Positions 25,446-40,340 of a stretch of 64,000 nucleotides of DNA are shown here, in pieces (position 1 is the stretch's first letter; every line of letters starts with the position of its first letter). The stretch is from the human T2T-CHM13v2.0 reference genome, Homo sapiens. The stretch lies in NCBI RefSeq assembly GCF_009914755.1, contig NC_060946.1; one strand, 5' to 3'. Below the pieces are notes generated by a model. The model worked only from the letters and a program-made list of their open reading frames with translations. It ran no database searches and had not been told where the DNA came from. Both the position numbers and the translations under genes were made by a program.

Positions 25446-26029
25446 GCTTTATTCATCATAGTTCAAAGCTGGAAACAACCCACGTGGCCTTTGTGGGTGG
25501 ATTATTAAATAACTGTGGTACATCCATAACCATGCCATGGAACACTTACTACTCAGCAATAAAAGAACAAACTATTGATCTATGCAACCATCTGGTAGAG
25601 TCTCCAGAGGATTGTGTAAGTGAAAAATGTCAGTCCCCAAAGGTTACATACTGTGTGATTCAATTTCTATAACACTGAATCAACACAGTTACAAAAATGG
25701 AGAGAAGACTCCTAGCTGCCAGTGATTATGGATGTGGCTGTAAGAGGCAACAGGAAGGATCCTTGTAGTGATGGAAGTAGCCTGGATTTTGCATACATTG
25801 TCATCAGTATCCTGATTGTTACATTTTATTATATGCTTGTTGCATTGTATGTAGTGTATACATATTTTTGCTAGATGTTACCATGGAGGGGAACTTGGTA
25901 AAGGGCACACGAGGTCACTGTGTATTATTTCCTACAACTTCATGTAAATCTGTACTTATCTCAGAATTAAAAGCCTAGTTCCAAACATAAAGGGACGGAA
26001 TCAATAATTACCATGGATATAAGCCAAAA

Positions 26030-26545
26030 CCTGTTAGAGTATCTATCACTCTGTAACAAATTACCTTCAAACTTACCAAATTATGACAACAAAACATTTG
26101 CTAACTCACAGTTTTAAGGGTCAAGAATTTGGCCATGGCAGAGCCAGGCACCCTGGCTCAAGGCAGAGCCCTCACAGGCTCTGGGCGGGCTGGCACTTCA
26201 AGGCTTGCCTGGTGCTGTGGGACCCACCTCCAAGTTCACTCACATGGTTATTGGCAGCCTTAGGTCCTCACTGCCTGCTGGAGAGTCATAGACCAGTCCC
26301 TCCCCAGGACAGCTTACAGCATGGCAGCTGGCTTCCATTAGAGCAATTGAGGGGGAGAGGCTGATGGAGCGCCCGAGACAGAAGGCATCGTCTTTCTGTG
26401 ACCTTATCTTGGAAGTGATATCCATCAACTTTTTCTACATTTTATTCATTAGAAGCAAGTCACGGGGTTCAACCTGCATTCAGAAGAGGGGCATTCTCCA
26501 AGGAGGCAGGGATCACTGGAGTCATCTTAGAGGCTGCCCACCAGT
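26030..26545 (-). mobile_element. MLT1 (F/G/H-like) MaLR LTR, reverse
   Basis: TGTAACAAATTACC..AAACTTA..CTCACAGTTTT..GGTCAAGAATT..CAGCATGGCAGCTGGCTTCC..TTATTCATTAGAAGCAAGTCAC. Confidence 0.7.
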
Positions 26546-26547
26546 GT

Positions 26548-27312
26548 CCATACACACATCCCCTATACACGTCCCATGCACACACACATGCCCACACACA
26601 CACAAACACCCCTCACATGCTCACATACACACATGCACACACTCACATTCACACCACACATACCATACCACACACTACAGACAGACTCACACCATGCATA
26701 CAGGCATGCACAATACATACACACACATGCTCACATACACACATGCACATACTGACATTCACACCACACATACCACACCCACGCACTGCACACAGACTCA
26801 CACCATGCATACAGGCATGTACAGCACACACACACATGCTCACATACATACATGCACACACACATTCACAGCACACATACCACACCCATGCAACACACAT
26901 GCAACATACACAGACTCACACCAGGCATACATGCATGCACAATACACACACACCACAGACACATACATGCTCACATACTCACACCACAACCGCTCACACT
27001 ATATGCAAAACAGACATACATCATAAATGCACCCTCCACACACTCATACAACACTTATACACATGTACACATACACACACCACAGACACATACACTGTCA
27101 ATATACATATGCACACACGTGCTTACATGCACGCACACATGCTCACCTATACACACACCACACACGTACATGTACATACACTCACATCATATACACACTC
27201 CCTATACCACACACAGACTCATATCACATGTACACACATACACAACACTCACACACCCCACACAAAACAACACATACACACACTCAAACCACACACGCAC
27301 ACACCACACACA
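26548..27312. repeat. (CA)-rich array with ~110-118 bp cryptic units
   Basis: CAGACTCACACCA(T/G)GCATACA(G/T)GCATG recurs at 26682, 26793 and 26911. Confidence 0.95.
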
Positions 27313-29989
27313 TATTTTCCATGAATAAACTTTTTAAAAATTGTCCCAAATTTATATGCGGTAAACTGTAAAACGCTTTTAGACACAGTAAAATAAACTT
27401 GAACAAAGGAAAAGACACACTGTGTTCTTAGATGGGAAGGCTTTGGCCACGCCTTCTTAAGTTATTCCATAGTATTAAAGTATCTCAGTCCAAATACATT
27501 TTCCCTGGATCTAAATCACTTGGCTATGTATTTCATTAGGAAGAACACAGTGGGAAGAGTAACTACAAATTGCCAGCTAACCCTTGAAAAAGAACAATTG
27601 GAGGGTGCCAGCCACACAAAACATTAAAAGATGTCTTCTGTAGATACAGCCCCAAATACAACAATCCGACAGGAAAATGAGTAAATGGGCAATACAAATA
27701 AATGAATCATCCAATGAAAAAGAAATAAAAACAGCCCTCAAACCTCCCCGCTTACAATAAAGATAAATGTACAAGGCCATCCCCAGACCTAGCGACAAAA
27801 TGAACGTATGAAGTTAGCTGTGTATGCAGTGGATGAGGAAGTCACACAGAGAGCTATTTCCATCCAGTGATTTTAGGGAACCCTGATCTGACAGTGCACT
27901 CCTAGGGGTATGTACCAGAAACACAAAATAAGCTGCATGAGTTATCTCAAGCTTTTTTCAGCCATCAGGGTGTTGGTGGAGGTGGTGATGCTATTACTTT
28001 GACACGCATGTGTGTGTGTGTGAGAGAAGGGGTAAAGTAAATGAGTAGTTGTGTGGGCCACAGGACATAGGATATTTAATATGATGTATAGGGGATTGAT
28101 GATGTAACAGCAGCAAGGGTAAGAAAAAAAAAACTTTCTTCAAAAGCAAGGAGGCAAATGACAACTCAGTATGAAGGAACAACCCTGATCCCCAGGCTGT
28201 GATCGCTAAATCCAATTTACCACTGAAAGCAACCAGGGCTTCTTGGAGAAATGGTTAGTTCTGGGTATGCATTAGAAAATGTACAACATGAGACCCAAAG
28301 ATCTCGTACCAGAAAGTAAGGAAGCTGCCGTACCTCTTGGGGCCATGCCAAAAAGTTTCTGAAAACACATGGCCTTGTATGTCTGGTTCTTTCTCTTAGC
28401 ATGTTTGCAAGGTTCTTCCATGTTGTAGCAGGTGTCAGAACTTCATTCTTCTTAAAGCAGGGATATGCCACATTTTATTTCTCCATCCATCCCTTGATGG
28501 ACACTTGGGCTGTTTCCAGCTTTTGGCTATTGGGAACAATGCTGCTAGGAGCAGGTGCATATACGTTTTTGTTTGGAGTGATGAAAAATGCTGGAATTAG
28601 ATAATGGTGATAGACACGTGGCATAGTGCATTTGCTTAGTGCCACTGAATTGTAAATCATTACCATGGTCAATTTTTACATCATGTGTATTTTACTACAA
28701 CTTTTAAAAACCTAAGAAAAAGAAATAAAAAAGAATGAATGAAAATAAAAAAAGAACTCAGCCAGACTTGAAGAGATTCTCTCAACCAAAGATAGGCCAA
28801 TGTTAGCATCATTAACCCGATTGCCTTGAATGGATACAACACATTAAATATGACTTAATCCTTGAGTTTATTAAAATGAAAAGTAAAAAACTGGTCACTA
28901 TCGGAGTATGTCAGGGAAACTACTCATTATTGTAAAAACTTGGAAAGAAATAAGTATTTCTCCCTGCTTTACATATAAGAACTGTATTTCTAGCTAAGCA
29001 GATAATTGAAATGGGAGGTATCTTTTTACATAAATAGTCCAGCTGCCACATGAAGAATTCATGTTGGAATCAGAGTGTCATCCTTTTCCACCCTTACTGT
29101 ATTAATGACTCGTGATACTCCTCAGTGACTGCTGAGATTACAAGAACAGAAGCTCAGCAGACATCACAAATCCCCCATGGAGGCACAGCACAGCATAGGA
29201 AGTCCTCTGGCCAAAACCCAAAGCCTGAATCCGATCAAGCCCCCAAATGTAACTCCCAGTTTACAGGAGCCCTGGGACGTTGAAACACAAAATGCAGACT
29301 ACAGGGGGCTCTACAGGAAAAACAACCCTGCTTTGTTGATCCATATAGCACAAAGGGAAGAAAAGGCATGAGTACCAGACTTCAGGACTGAAAAAACAAA
29401 GGCTTTTGGAGACATATCAGCCAGTTTCAAAATATGGGTCTTACTTGGATTCAGATGTGAACTAGCAAAATTACAATGTAGACAGTTGGTAACACGTAAG
29501 CATTTATTGGATATGGATGATATTTTGGACATGCTTTTAAAAAGACCTTTCTTTTGGAGATGCACAGTAAGATATGTATAGGTAAAATCTAAACATGATA
29601 TTAAATAGTGGTTACTTTAGAAAAGAAGAAAAAAAACAGAAAAGATAGGAAAGAAAAGGAAGGCAAGAGGCTTCCTTCTGCAGGGGAGAGGCCCATCCAG
29701 ATTCTGCCCCGCACGGAGCCTTGTCTCCTGAGTTCCTCAGCCCTTACCAGCTGTGCCTCCGCCACCTCTGCCTGGGAACCTTTTCCTGGCCATGAAGGAA
29801 ACACACTTCTGTGCTGGGGGTAGGAGGCCCATGTCTGGCTGCCCCAGAAGGTGGATGATAAGCATAGCAGAGGGGTATGGCTTTATGATGGTGGAAATGC
29901 TGCATTTCTGCATCAGGGGCACCTGAGGTGAAGACTCAAAGCTGGTGGAGGGAGCAGTCCTCCCCTCTCCACCCGGCCATTCGTGGCCC

Positions 29990-30205
29990 AGACGGCAGGT
30001 GCTTCAAGAGTTAAGACGCAGGCTCTCCAAGCAAGCCCTGCCCCAGCCCTTGCATGCTGTGTGATCTAGGGCCATGCGTCTAACCTCTCTGAGCCTCAGT
30101 CTCCTCCTCTATAAAATGGAAGTAATAACAGTGCTTGATGGATAGAGGTGTTGGGAAAAATAAATTTCCCAGTGTGGCCTACACAGGTGGTTCAGTATGA
30201 GCTGT
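29990..30205 (+). mobile_element. MIR SINE
   Basis: GCTGTGTGATCTAGG..TAACCTCTCTGAGCCTCAGTCTCCTCCTCTATAAAATGG core. Confidence 0.8.
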
Positions 30206-30780
30206 TGCTAATGCGCACCCCCCACTCACACCATGTGAGGAGGTTCCTTCTGTTTCTACAAACATCCCATAACTGTTTTTCTGTGCAACTTTGTCTAAAG
30301 TCCTTCTTTGCTTGCCAGATTGTCAATTTTGTTTTTCAGTGGTGATACAGGTTTTCACATTTTCACATCTTTCCAGGATCTTTCATGAGAAATTGGAAAA
30401 AGACTTACTAGGCATCTTAAAGGGGTACTGCTGAAGTCCAGCACTGGACAGGAGGCGGGTGCAGAGCAGCTGGGGAAGGAGGAGAAGGTGGGGTGGGGTC
30501 AGTGGGAGGGGCCGTCCCTGTGGACTCACCCCCATAGGCCACACGTGTGAGTGCTTGTAAAGAACCCTAGGATTTGCAACTCAGTGGCTATAGGGACCAT
30601 AGCGACAGTGAGTTCTGTGGAGCAACAGGGCAGGAGCCAGAGTGAGCTGGGTGAGAAATGTGCAGATGGGGAAATGGATTCCAGGAGGCCAGGGCAAGAA
30701 CAGGGTGGCAGGGTGGTCAAAGGGCACAGGGCCAAGAACTGGCTGGCCTGGCTATTGGCATATGGATGTATGGGTTGTTC

Positions 30781-30900
30781 TGTCTATCTATCTCTATCTG
30801 TGTATCTATGCATCTGTCTGTGTATCTATCTATGTATCTATCTATCTATCGATCTATCTATCGATCTAATCTATCTATCATCTATCTAATCTATCATCTA

Positions 30901-30943
<43 letters not shown>

Positions 30944-31317
30944 ATCTATCCAGTCTATCACCTAATCTATCTATTGATCGATCTATCATCTATCTGCCTA
31001 TCATCTCTATCTATCATTTATCTATCATCTAACTGTTATCCATCTACCTGTCATCTCTTTCTGTTATGTATCTATGTACCTATCACCTATCTACCTATCA
31101 TTTCTATCTACCTATCATCTCTATCATCTATCATCTATCTACCTATCATCTATCTTTCTATCATCTATCTACCCACCTACCTATCTACCATCTATCTATT
31201 GACCTGTCATCTCTATAATTTTTCTATCATCTACCTACCTATCATCTCTGTTGTCTATCTATCAATTATCTATATATTTATCATCTGCCTGTCATCTCTA
31301 TGTATCTATCATCTATC
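30781..31317. repeat. (TCTA)n / GATA-type tetranucleotide array
   Basis: Perfect (ATCT)10 at 30901-30940 inside a degenerate array. Confidence 0.95.
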
Positions 31318-31669
31318 ATGGAGACAGTTTGGAAAGGAAAAGATGTACACCAAGGGAGGAAGGCAGCCCGGACTCCAGGCTCAACCAACTGTGAGTCCTG
31401 GTCCTTCACTTTCCTGCTGGATTGTACCCCAGGGAAATTGTTGCCTGAGCCTCAGTGTCTCATCTATACATTGGTACAAATAAATACCATCTCAGATGCT
31501 AGTAAAGGCATTAATCATGGGAACTGATGTGTAGCGTGTGGTGTAATTTAGGTTCCTTTCTTTCCAGCCAGCAGGACAGATCTGTCCTCACATGGGTGCT
31601 AGTTCTGTAGTTTGGCTCCTCACTGGTTTAGAACCACACATTGCCTTAATGTGACAAACATCCCTGACA

Positions 31670-32783
<1,114 letters not shown>

Positions 32784-33689
32784 GTGGAGGTAGTAGTCAA
32801 GGGCAGTTGCAAGATTTCATGTGTTTGTTTCCTGTGAAAAGTTGAGTCCAAAGTGAGGCCATTTCCATAGATGGAGAAGACTAAGTAAGGCACATATTTA
32901 CAGGTTGGTTTATGTATTCTGAAAAAGTGATGTCAAGGCAACCTGGAAAAGAAGAGTGTGAGTTTGATAAATACTTTAGTGGTAATACCAGTAGGGTTTG
33001 GTGAGGGATGGGAGGGGTCTAATTGGACTTCCAGATGTCAAGGGCTCTGAGGCCGCCTGGACAGTGGTGGTGGAGCGTGACTTCAGACATGGCCTCCTTG
33101 GCACAGAGGCAGCTATTTCCTCATACAAAGTATGCTCCATACTGAGATTAGGTCAATACAGGCATATGCCAATAAATACTTGCTAAGCGCCTATAAGAGC
33201 CAGATGCCAATGCAGGAAGCTGGGAGGTCTTGGCCTGAGGCTGTCCACAGAGTCCACAGCCAGGAGACAGCTCCCAGACAAGGCTTGGCTTTGCAGGGAC
33301 ACTCACAGGAGGCTATGTTGTGAAGGGGAGACAAGGCTGGGAGAAGAACTTGATGCAGGAGCAACTCCCTCAGCCATTCAAGAGAGCAGTGAGCTGGCTA
33401 CTGAGATGCCTCATCGTTGTCCAGTCCATGCTTTTGAGGTAGTTAAGCACATTAGGGAACAAGCTGGTGTGATGGAAAGGGCTATGGACTTTCACAAAAC
33501 TGGGTTCAGTCCGACCACTTACAGCTACTTAGTTTCAAAAAAAGTCACTGCAACTTCTGTAAGCCTTCTTTGAAGAAATAAATACATAAAAAGGATCTAG
33601 TGCTTATGATGCAAGGTTGCTGTCAGGATTAGAGATAATTTGTGGAACATACTGAGCACAGAACTGGGCATCCATTTACTGACTACAGA

Positions 33690-34185
33690 TAGCAATGATG
33701 ATATTATAATGATGGTGGTGATCGTCATAGTGATAGTCATTAATGGTGAGGATGATAATGATGGTGATAAGGATGGTAGTGATGATGATGATGGTGGTGG
33801 AGATGGTGATGATGATGATGGTGTTAGTGATAATAATGATGGTGATGGTGATAGTGGTAATGATGATGATGGTGATGATGGTGTTGATGAAGGTGATGGT
33901 GATAGTGGAATGATGATGGCAATGATGGTAATGATGGTGATGGTGATAATGTTGATGGTGATGATGATGATGGTGATGGTGGTGGTGATGATGTTGGGGT
34001 TAATGGTGATCATGGCTGGTGGTAATGATGATGATAGCAATGATGATGGTGGTGGTGATGGTGGTGAGGGTAATGGTGATGATGGTGGTGATGGTGATGA
34101 TAGTGTTGATGGTGATGGTGATGGTGGTGATGGTGATGATAGTGTTGATGGTGATGGTGATGATTGTGATGGTGATGAAGGTAAT
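33690..34185. repeat. (GAT/GGT)n trinucleotide array at the tail of a MIR
   Basis: ~500 bp of GAT/GGT triplets following MIR-like sequence at ~33470-33690. Confidence 0.95.
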
Positions 34186-35357
34186 AAAGTTAACAAAAAA
34201 TGAACAGTTGCCAGCAAGTGCATCCTATCCCTGGACAAATTGTATTGGTTCCAAGATTTGAAAAGTGCCAGTGCTTTTTACTTTATAATGTAAAGAGATT
34301 TTGCACATCCCCATGTTAATGTTATTTTGGGTGTGAATATCCCACTTGATGCCAAACATCTCAGTGAAAACTGAAAATGCAGTCAAACATCAAAATGTGC
34401 TCAGACATCCAGACGTAGTGATATTCTGCCCACAAAGTTAAGTACACGTGATGGTTATATGTTTTCAGTTTTCATTCTGTCATTTGGCATTGGACTGACT
34501 TCGGCACTGTAATAATAGCTATCAAGAGGTACGAACATATACCAGACACTTGAAAAGAATTCAAAGAGAATGCCATATTGTTGCTGGAATCTGATACATT
34601 AAGAAAAAATGCAGGCAGCCTGCTCCTTCTGCATCAGGCTAAGTGGTTGTTGGAGGAAGGGATAGCATGTCTGCTTGGCACAGTATCTTTTCTGCACAGA
34701 TTCTTAGGTGTGATACAGTCTAAAAATAGCCATCCTCTATGCTGGGTTGTCTGGGGAATAGCTGTTGGACTCTCAGCTGCTGCAGCTACAAAAAGCAATA
34801 TGCTTTTTGGAAAGGTATTAGGCCAGAGTTTTGTTCTGCCAGCGTTGCTTCAAATTGTCTCTTCTGGAACAAACAGAGGCCTGCCATTCCTCCTTCCCAA
34901 CTAAGCAGAGGAAAAGAAACGGGAATGGAGGGAAGGCTTTCAGGCAGATCTGGACTTGGTGTTGCACACCTGCAAGGGGCACAGGCACGTGGACCAGAGT
35001 GCAGGTGTGCAGGAGAGTTGGCATACACACTAGAGAACCTGTACAACACACACACACACACACACACACACAGAGGAGAGAGAGGGACAGTGACAGTACT
35101 GCTTCTAATATCCTAACACAATTATTCAAAATACCCAGGGAATTGGGACAAATCTCTGATGGGTCTAAGGTGATTTCTGCTTTTCAAAGAATATTTTAAA
35201 TTGTCAGGAAAGTGTATTCATACTTTTTCAGCATAATTTTTTTGAAGAAAAACTCTTTAAACAAATGAAAATCAAATTTATGTACTTTAATAAGATACTG
35301 AAAGTAGAGCTCTTAGCAGACTCCCTGGCACATAATAAAAACTCATTGATATTAGCT

Positions 35358-35827
35358 ATCATCATCAACATCACCAACACCATCATCATCACCATCATCA
35401 CCATCACCACCATCATCACCACCATGATCACCATCACCATCATCATCACCACCATCATCACCACCACCACCATCATCATCACCACCATGATCATCACCAC
35501 CATCACCATCATCACCATCACCATCATCATTACCAAAATCATCATCACCATCATCGCTATCATCACTATCACCATCATCATCATCACCACCATCATTGTC
35601 GCCATCATCACCACCATCACCATCATCATCACCACCATCATTGTCACCATCATCACCAACATCACCATCATTGTCACCATCATCACAATCATCACTATCA
35701 CCATCATCATCACCATCACCACCATCACCATCATCATTATAATCACTATCATCACCACCATCATGATCACCATCATCATCACCAACATCATGATCATCAC
35801 CACCCTCACTATCATCACTATCATCAG
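35358..35827. repeat. (CAT/CAC)n trinucleotide array at the tail of a MIR 3' end
   Basis: Follows CTTAGCAGACTCCCTGGCACATAATAAAAACTCATTGATATTAGCTAT (MIR 3' terminus). Confidence 0.95.
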
Positions 35828-38098
35828 CTGAAGGGAATCGTTAGCTGATGCACACAGCACAGAAACGCCCAGAATGGCTGGAAAGGTGCCCTGTGGAAAA
35901 CACTCATGAATGCTTATTCTCAGCTTGTGCTAGAGCTGAGTGTAATTTTTTGTGCGTGCTGGACCCTTTGCTCTGTCCTCTCTTCGTGAACATCCTGAAA
36001 TTGAGGACAGAGTGTGCAGCCACGACTCTGAGATGGGTGAGCAACTGGCTGACCCTTGCTTACTCACTTGGGAGACCCATGTGGAGAACATCCCTTCAGA
36101 GAATCGTGAAGGTGGCCAAACACACGGCTGATGCACCCGTGGCAGGAGTTTGGTCTCCTCAGCTCAACTCAGTGGTGGATTGATGCAGCCATCCTTGCTG
36201 GGGAGTCCTGAATGTGATTCAAGAGTGGGATTTGGGGTCTCCAGTTCCATCCCCCACTTCCACAGTATAGGGGACTCAGGTATGGGCGTGTCAGCCACAA
36301 AGGAGTAACCGAGCCAGGGCAGGGCTGCTGCCATTGTGTCTGGCTTTTACAGATACCAGGTGGACAGTATTGCCTTTTGTTCCCAGAAAGAGGCATTGGG
36401 CTCAGGAAACTGGGCTTCAGAAGGATCGAGTGCTTTGCTGGGCTCCTGGGAAACTGTGGGCTCCACACTCCTTCTACCCGCCCAGTGCCCCGAGTTTGCC
36501 CACTGGAAGGTTCCACCTCAGAAGGTTTCTGTATTGGTCCAGAAGCATGGGGAGAAGGCGTGCCAAGTTATTGTAGGACAGGGCGAAGGCATGCAGGGGC
36601 CCATCCTGGGAAGAGAAAGGTGGTGAAAAATGCTGGAGCACGGGAATCCCAACCGGCAGAGGGGGGCCTTCCCTTCCCTTTAACTTGGAAGGGAAGTTTG
36701 CTCAGACCCCTCTTGGGAAAGAAGATTCGCCCCTTTGCTGTCCCCCTCTGCTGTCATGGGTCCCTGGGTTACCCCTGTGTGCTGTGGAGTTGCATAGGAT
36801 TATCTGCCAGCCAGAGGCAGAGTGAGGACAGGAGACACTTCCCAGAAATGTTTGTTAACTTAATGTGCATGCATTGAATATTGTCTCTGTGCCAGGCCCT
36901 GCGCGGAGAGGAGTGGCAGGGAATTTTCTTCCAGCAGAGGTTTTATCTGACCGCTATTAGTGGTTTACTACTCACCCCACCCTGGGCTGAGGCCGGGTCT
37001 AGGATCAGCAGGAGGCACCTGACCCTTAGTGGGTATACTCCAAAGTAGGGCTTCACTGACTTTTATAAACAGGCTTCTGCCTGAGTGCATCAACCCTCTG
37101 CTAGTCTGGATTTACCTTTTCTTTCTTGTTGTTTCATTTTTTCCTTTAATAAATAGAGTTAGGCTATTAATAGCCATGGAGAACATCACATATATTTACT
37201 GGGTTATATTTAAGGAATGCTTCTAACAGTAGATGCATAATGACTTCTAAGTTAAGCACAGTGTTCTGGAAAGAAAACTAATTTATCCTCAGGAATCCTA
37301 CTATAATTTCCTCTCAGCTCTACTAGGGATAATACATATTATTATAATGTATGAACTGATATTTGATAGAGAAGATGATGATATGGAGGGTGATCATCAT
37401 CATCATAATATTAACAGATTTGCACCTATGTTCCTCTCTCAGCTTTCTGAAGATTAGTCTATGCCTCAGTTGTTTTTTCCTCTCCTGGTTGGGTGAAAAG
37501 CAATATTGCTGCATTGCTGGTTGTAGCCACTGATAGGTTCTTAATGGGCATTATTTCTACTCCTTAATTTTTCCAGTAGATAAAATGATTCCCATTTTAC
37601 AGGGGAGAAAATGAAGCCTCAGGGATAGAGGAGATGCAGCTGGTGGTGGGTCTGAGCCAGGCCAGCCAGCCCAGAGCTGGGTGGTCCTCCTGCAGCGTGT
37701 GATGGCTCAGGGAGGGCTTGGCCCTTGCACAGAGCCTAGATCTGGAGGTGAACGTATGGAGCCAAGAGTTATGATCAGGCTGCATGGGCACTACCCCACA
37801 CCTCCAAGCCTTTGTGCAAGTTGCTCCCTCCACCAGGAATGCCTTTGCCCCTTTGTGCATGGCCAGGTCCATCTCAGACTCCTTGTCCGCTACATCTACT
37901 CTCTTGACTCTGCCCACATCGCACTATGAGCACGCTGCTCTCTCCATCACAGAATCTGCATCTTTCTCCTGGAGTTGCTAGGGACTGCCTGGGATGATGA
38001 GTGGCAGGTGCTGGTGGTAGCCTCTTGAACACCGGTGTGAGCCCATGATAACACTATGGGTAATTATGATCATGATGATGGATAAGCCTGTAGAGGTC

Positions 38099-38853
38099 TG
38101 TATTAGTCTGTTCTCATGTAGCTGATAAAGACATACCCGAGACTGGGCAATCTACAAAAGAAAGAGGTTTAACTGGACTTATAGTTACACATGGCTCAGG
38201 AAGCCTCACAGTCATGGTGGAAGGCAAGGAGGAGCAAGTCACGTCTTACATGGATGACAGCAGGCAAAAAGAGAGCTTGTGCAGGGAGACTCCTCTTTTT
38301 CAAAACCATCAGATCTTGTGAGACTTATTCACCATCTCAAGAATAGCACAGGAAAGACCTGCCCCCATGATTCAATTACCTCCCACCAGGTCCCTCCCAC
38401 AACATGTGGGAATTCAAGATGAGATTTGGTTTGGGGACACAGCCAAACCATATCATTCCACCCCGACCCCTCCCAAATCTCATGTCCTCACATTTCAAAA
38501 CCAATCATGCCTTCCCAACAGTCCCCCAAATTCTTAACTCATTTCAGCATTAACTGAAAAGTCCACAGTCTAAAGTCTTGTGTGAGTCAAGGCAAGTCCC
38601 TTCCAGCTACAAGCCTGTAAAATCAAAAGCAAGCTAGTTGTTTCCTACATACAATGAGGGTACAGGGATTGGGTAAATACAGCCATTCCAAATGGGAGAA
38701 TTTGGCCAAAACAAAGGGGTTATAGGACCCCTGCAAGTCTGAAATCCAGAAGGGCAGTCAAATTTTAAAGCTTCAAAATGATCTCCTTTGACTCCAGGTG
38801 TCATATCCAGGTCACGCTGATGCAAGAGGTGGGTTCCCATGGTCTTGAGCAAG
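38099..38853 (-). mobile_element. THE1-family 3' LTR (38099-38455) plus truncated THE1-int
   Basis: TGTATTAGTCTGTTCTCA..CAGCCAAACCATATCA, then TTCCACCCC..CCCTCCCAAATCTCATGTCC (internal 3' end, reversed). Confidence 0.92.
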
Positions 38854-39739
38854 GTCCATTTCTCTACGTCCCAGCTCTTGAGTCCTCTGCACCATGGCAA
38901 AGAAAACTCATAGCTAAATAAATACTTGCAGCTTCTCAGTCTGTATTGTCCTCCCTCTGCATCCCAAGAGTTGAATCCCCCTTCATCTGGTGTTCCCCCA
39001 ACCTCAGAGCTCCTGGGCATTTTAGGGCCAGGCTGGCACACCCTGCTGTCTCCCTGACATGGAGGAGAGATGGCATCTGGAGAGCCGCACAGCTGTGTGC
39101 CATTGGATCCTCCTCCCTGGGTTGAACTAGCAGCAGGCCAGCACTACAGGGGAGTGGATTATCAAATGCTCCCTGGAGAGAATAAAAGGGCATTGTTCCT
39201 TTAAACAGCAACAATGCATCCAGAGAACACTATTATCCTCTTCTTTAGGATGTAACTACTCTAGTCAAGTGGCTACTAATTGACTGCTTTGATAAACAAT
39301 GTTTGTGGTTGTTACTCAGAAGTTGGCTCTGCTTGAGCTTTGCATATGGACTTCTTGGCTGAATAAATACTTAGCCTATCTTTTCCACATGTGTAGATAA
39401 TGTGCATTTATTTAAAGAAAGAAGATCAACATAAGCTCATTTTCCTGCAGGCTCTGCTGGCATGCTGAGCCTCCCTCTGGGGTGCAGTTAATCCTGCCCT
39501 GAGTGAGGAGCAGGTTAGGACTGCTTTGCTGGTGGACGGGGGTCTGGGCCCAGTCTGTTGGACTGCTCTTCTCTGAAGGGCTCACAAAGGCCTGGCTAGC
39601 AGAACTCCACTCTGCCTCTCTTCGAGGATCACTCAGGACATCCAGTGAGGGTGTGGTGACCACCCCAGTTAGGGTAGGCTGTAGGCAGTTAGAAGTTTTA
39701 CAAAAGTAGTGATTGGAAATGAACTCTTCTCTTAATCCC

Positions 39740-40340
39740 CTGCCTTCTTCATCACCTTCATCTCTTCCTCATCTATATCTTCATTTTTCTCCTCTTCCTC
39801 CTTCTTCTTCATCACCATCTCTTCCTCCCCTTAATCTTCATCTTCACCTTCTTCATCGCCTTCATCTCCTCCTCCTCCTCCTTCATCTTCATCACTTTTA
39901 TCTCCTCATTGTTATCACCTTCATCACCTTCATCTCCTCCTCTTCTTTCCTCTTCCTCCTTCTTCATCTTCATCACCTTCATTTCCTTCTACTCTTCCTC
40001 CTTCATCTTCTTCATCACTTTCATCACTTCTATTATTCATCTTCTTTATCACCTTAATCTCCTTGTCCTCCTTCCTCTTCAACTTCACCACCTTCAACTC
40101 CTCCTCCTCTTCCTTCTTCAACTTCATTGCCATCATCTCCTCCTCCTCTTTCTCTTCTTCACCTTCATCACAATCATCTCCCCCTCCTCTTCCTCCTTCT
40201 TCATTACCTTCATCTCTTCCTCTTCCTCCTTTTTCATCTTCTTCTTCATCCCCTTCAACTCCTCCTCTTCCTCCTGCTTCCTCACCCTCATCTTCTTTAT
40301 TGCCTTAATTTTCTGCTTCTTCATATCTTTTCCCTCCTCT
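39740..40340. repeat. (CTT/CCT/CAT)n pyrimidine-rich array
   Basis: ~600 bp almost devoid of G on the + strand. Confidence 0.95.

Noticed and set aside
33597-35860. Asp/Gly-, Met/Val- and Ile/Thr-rich ORFs of ~190-210 aa
   Set aside because: Products of trinucleotide arrays, open in several frames on both strands
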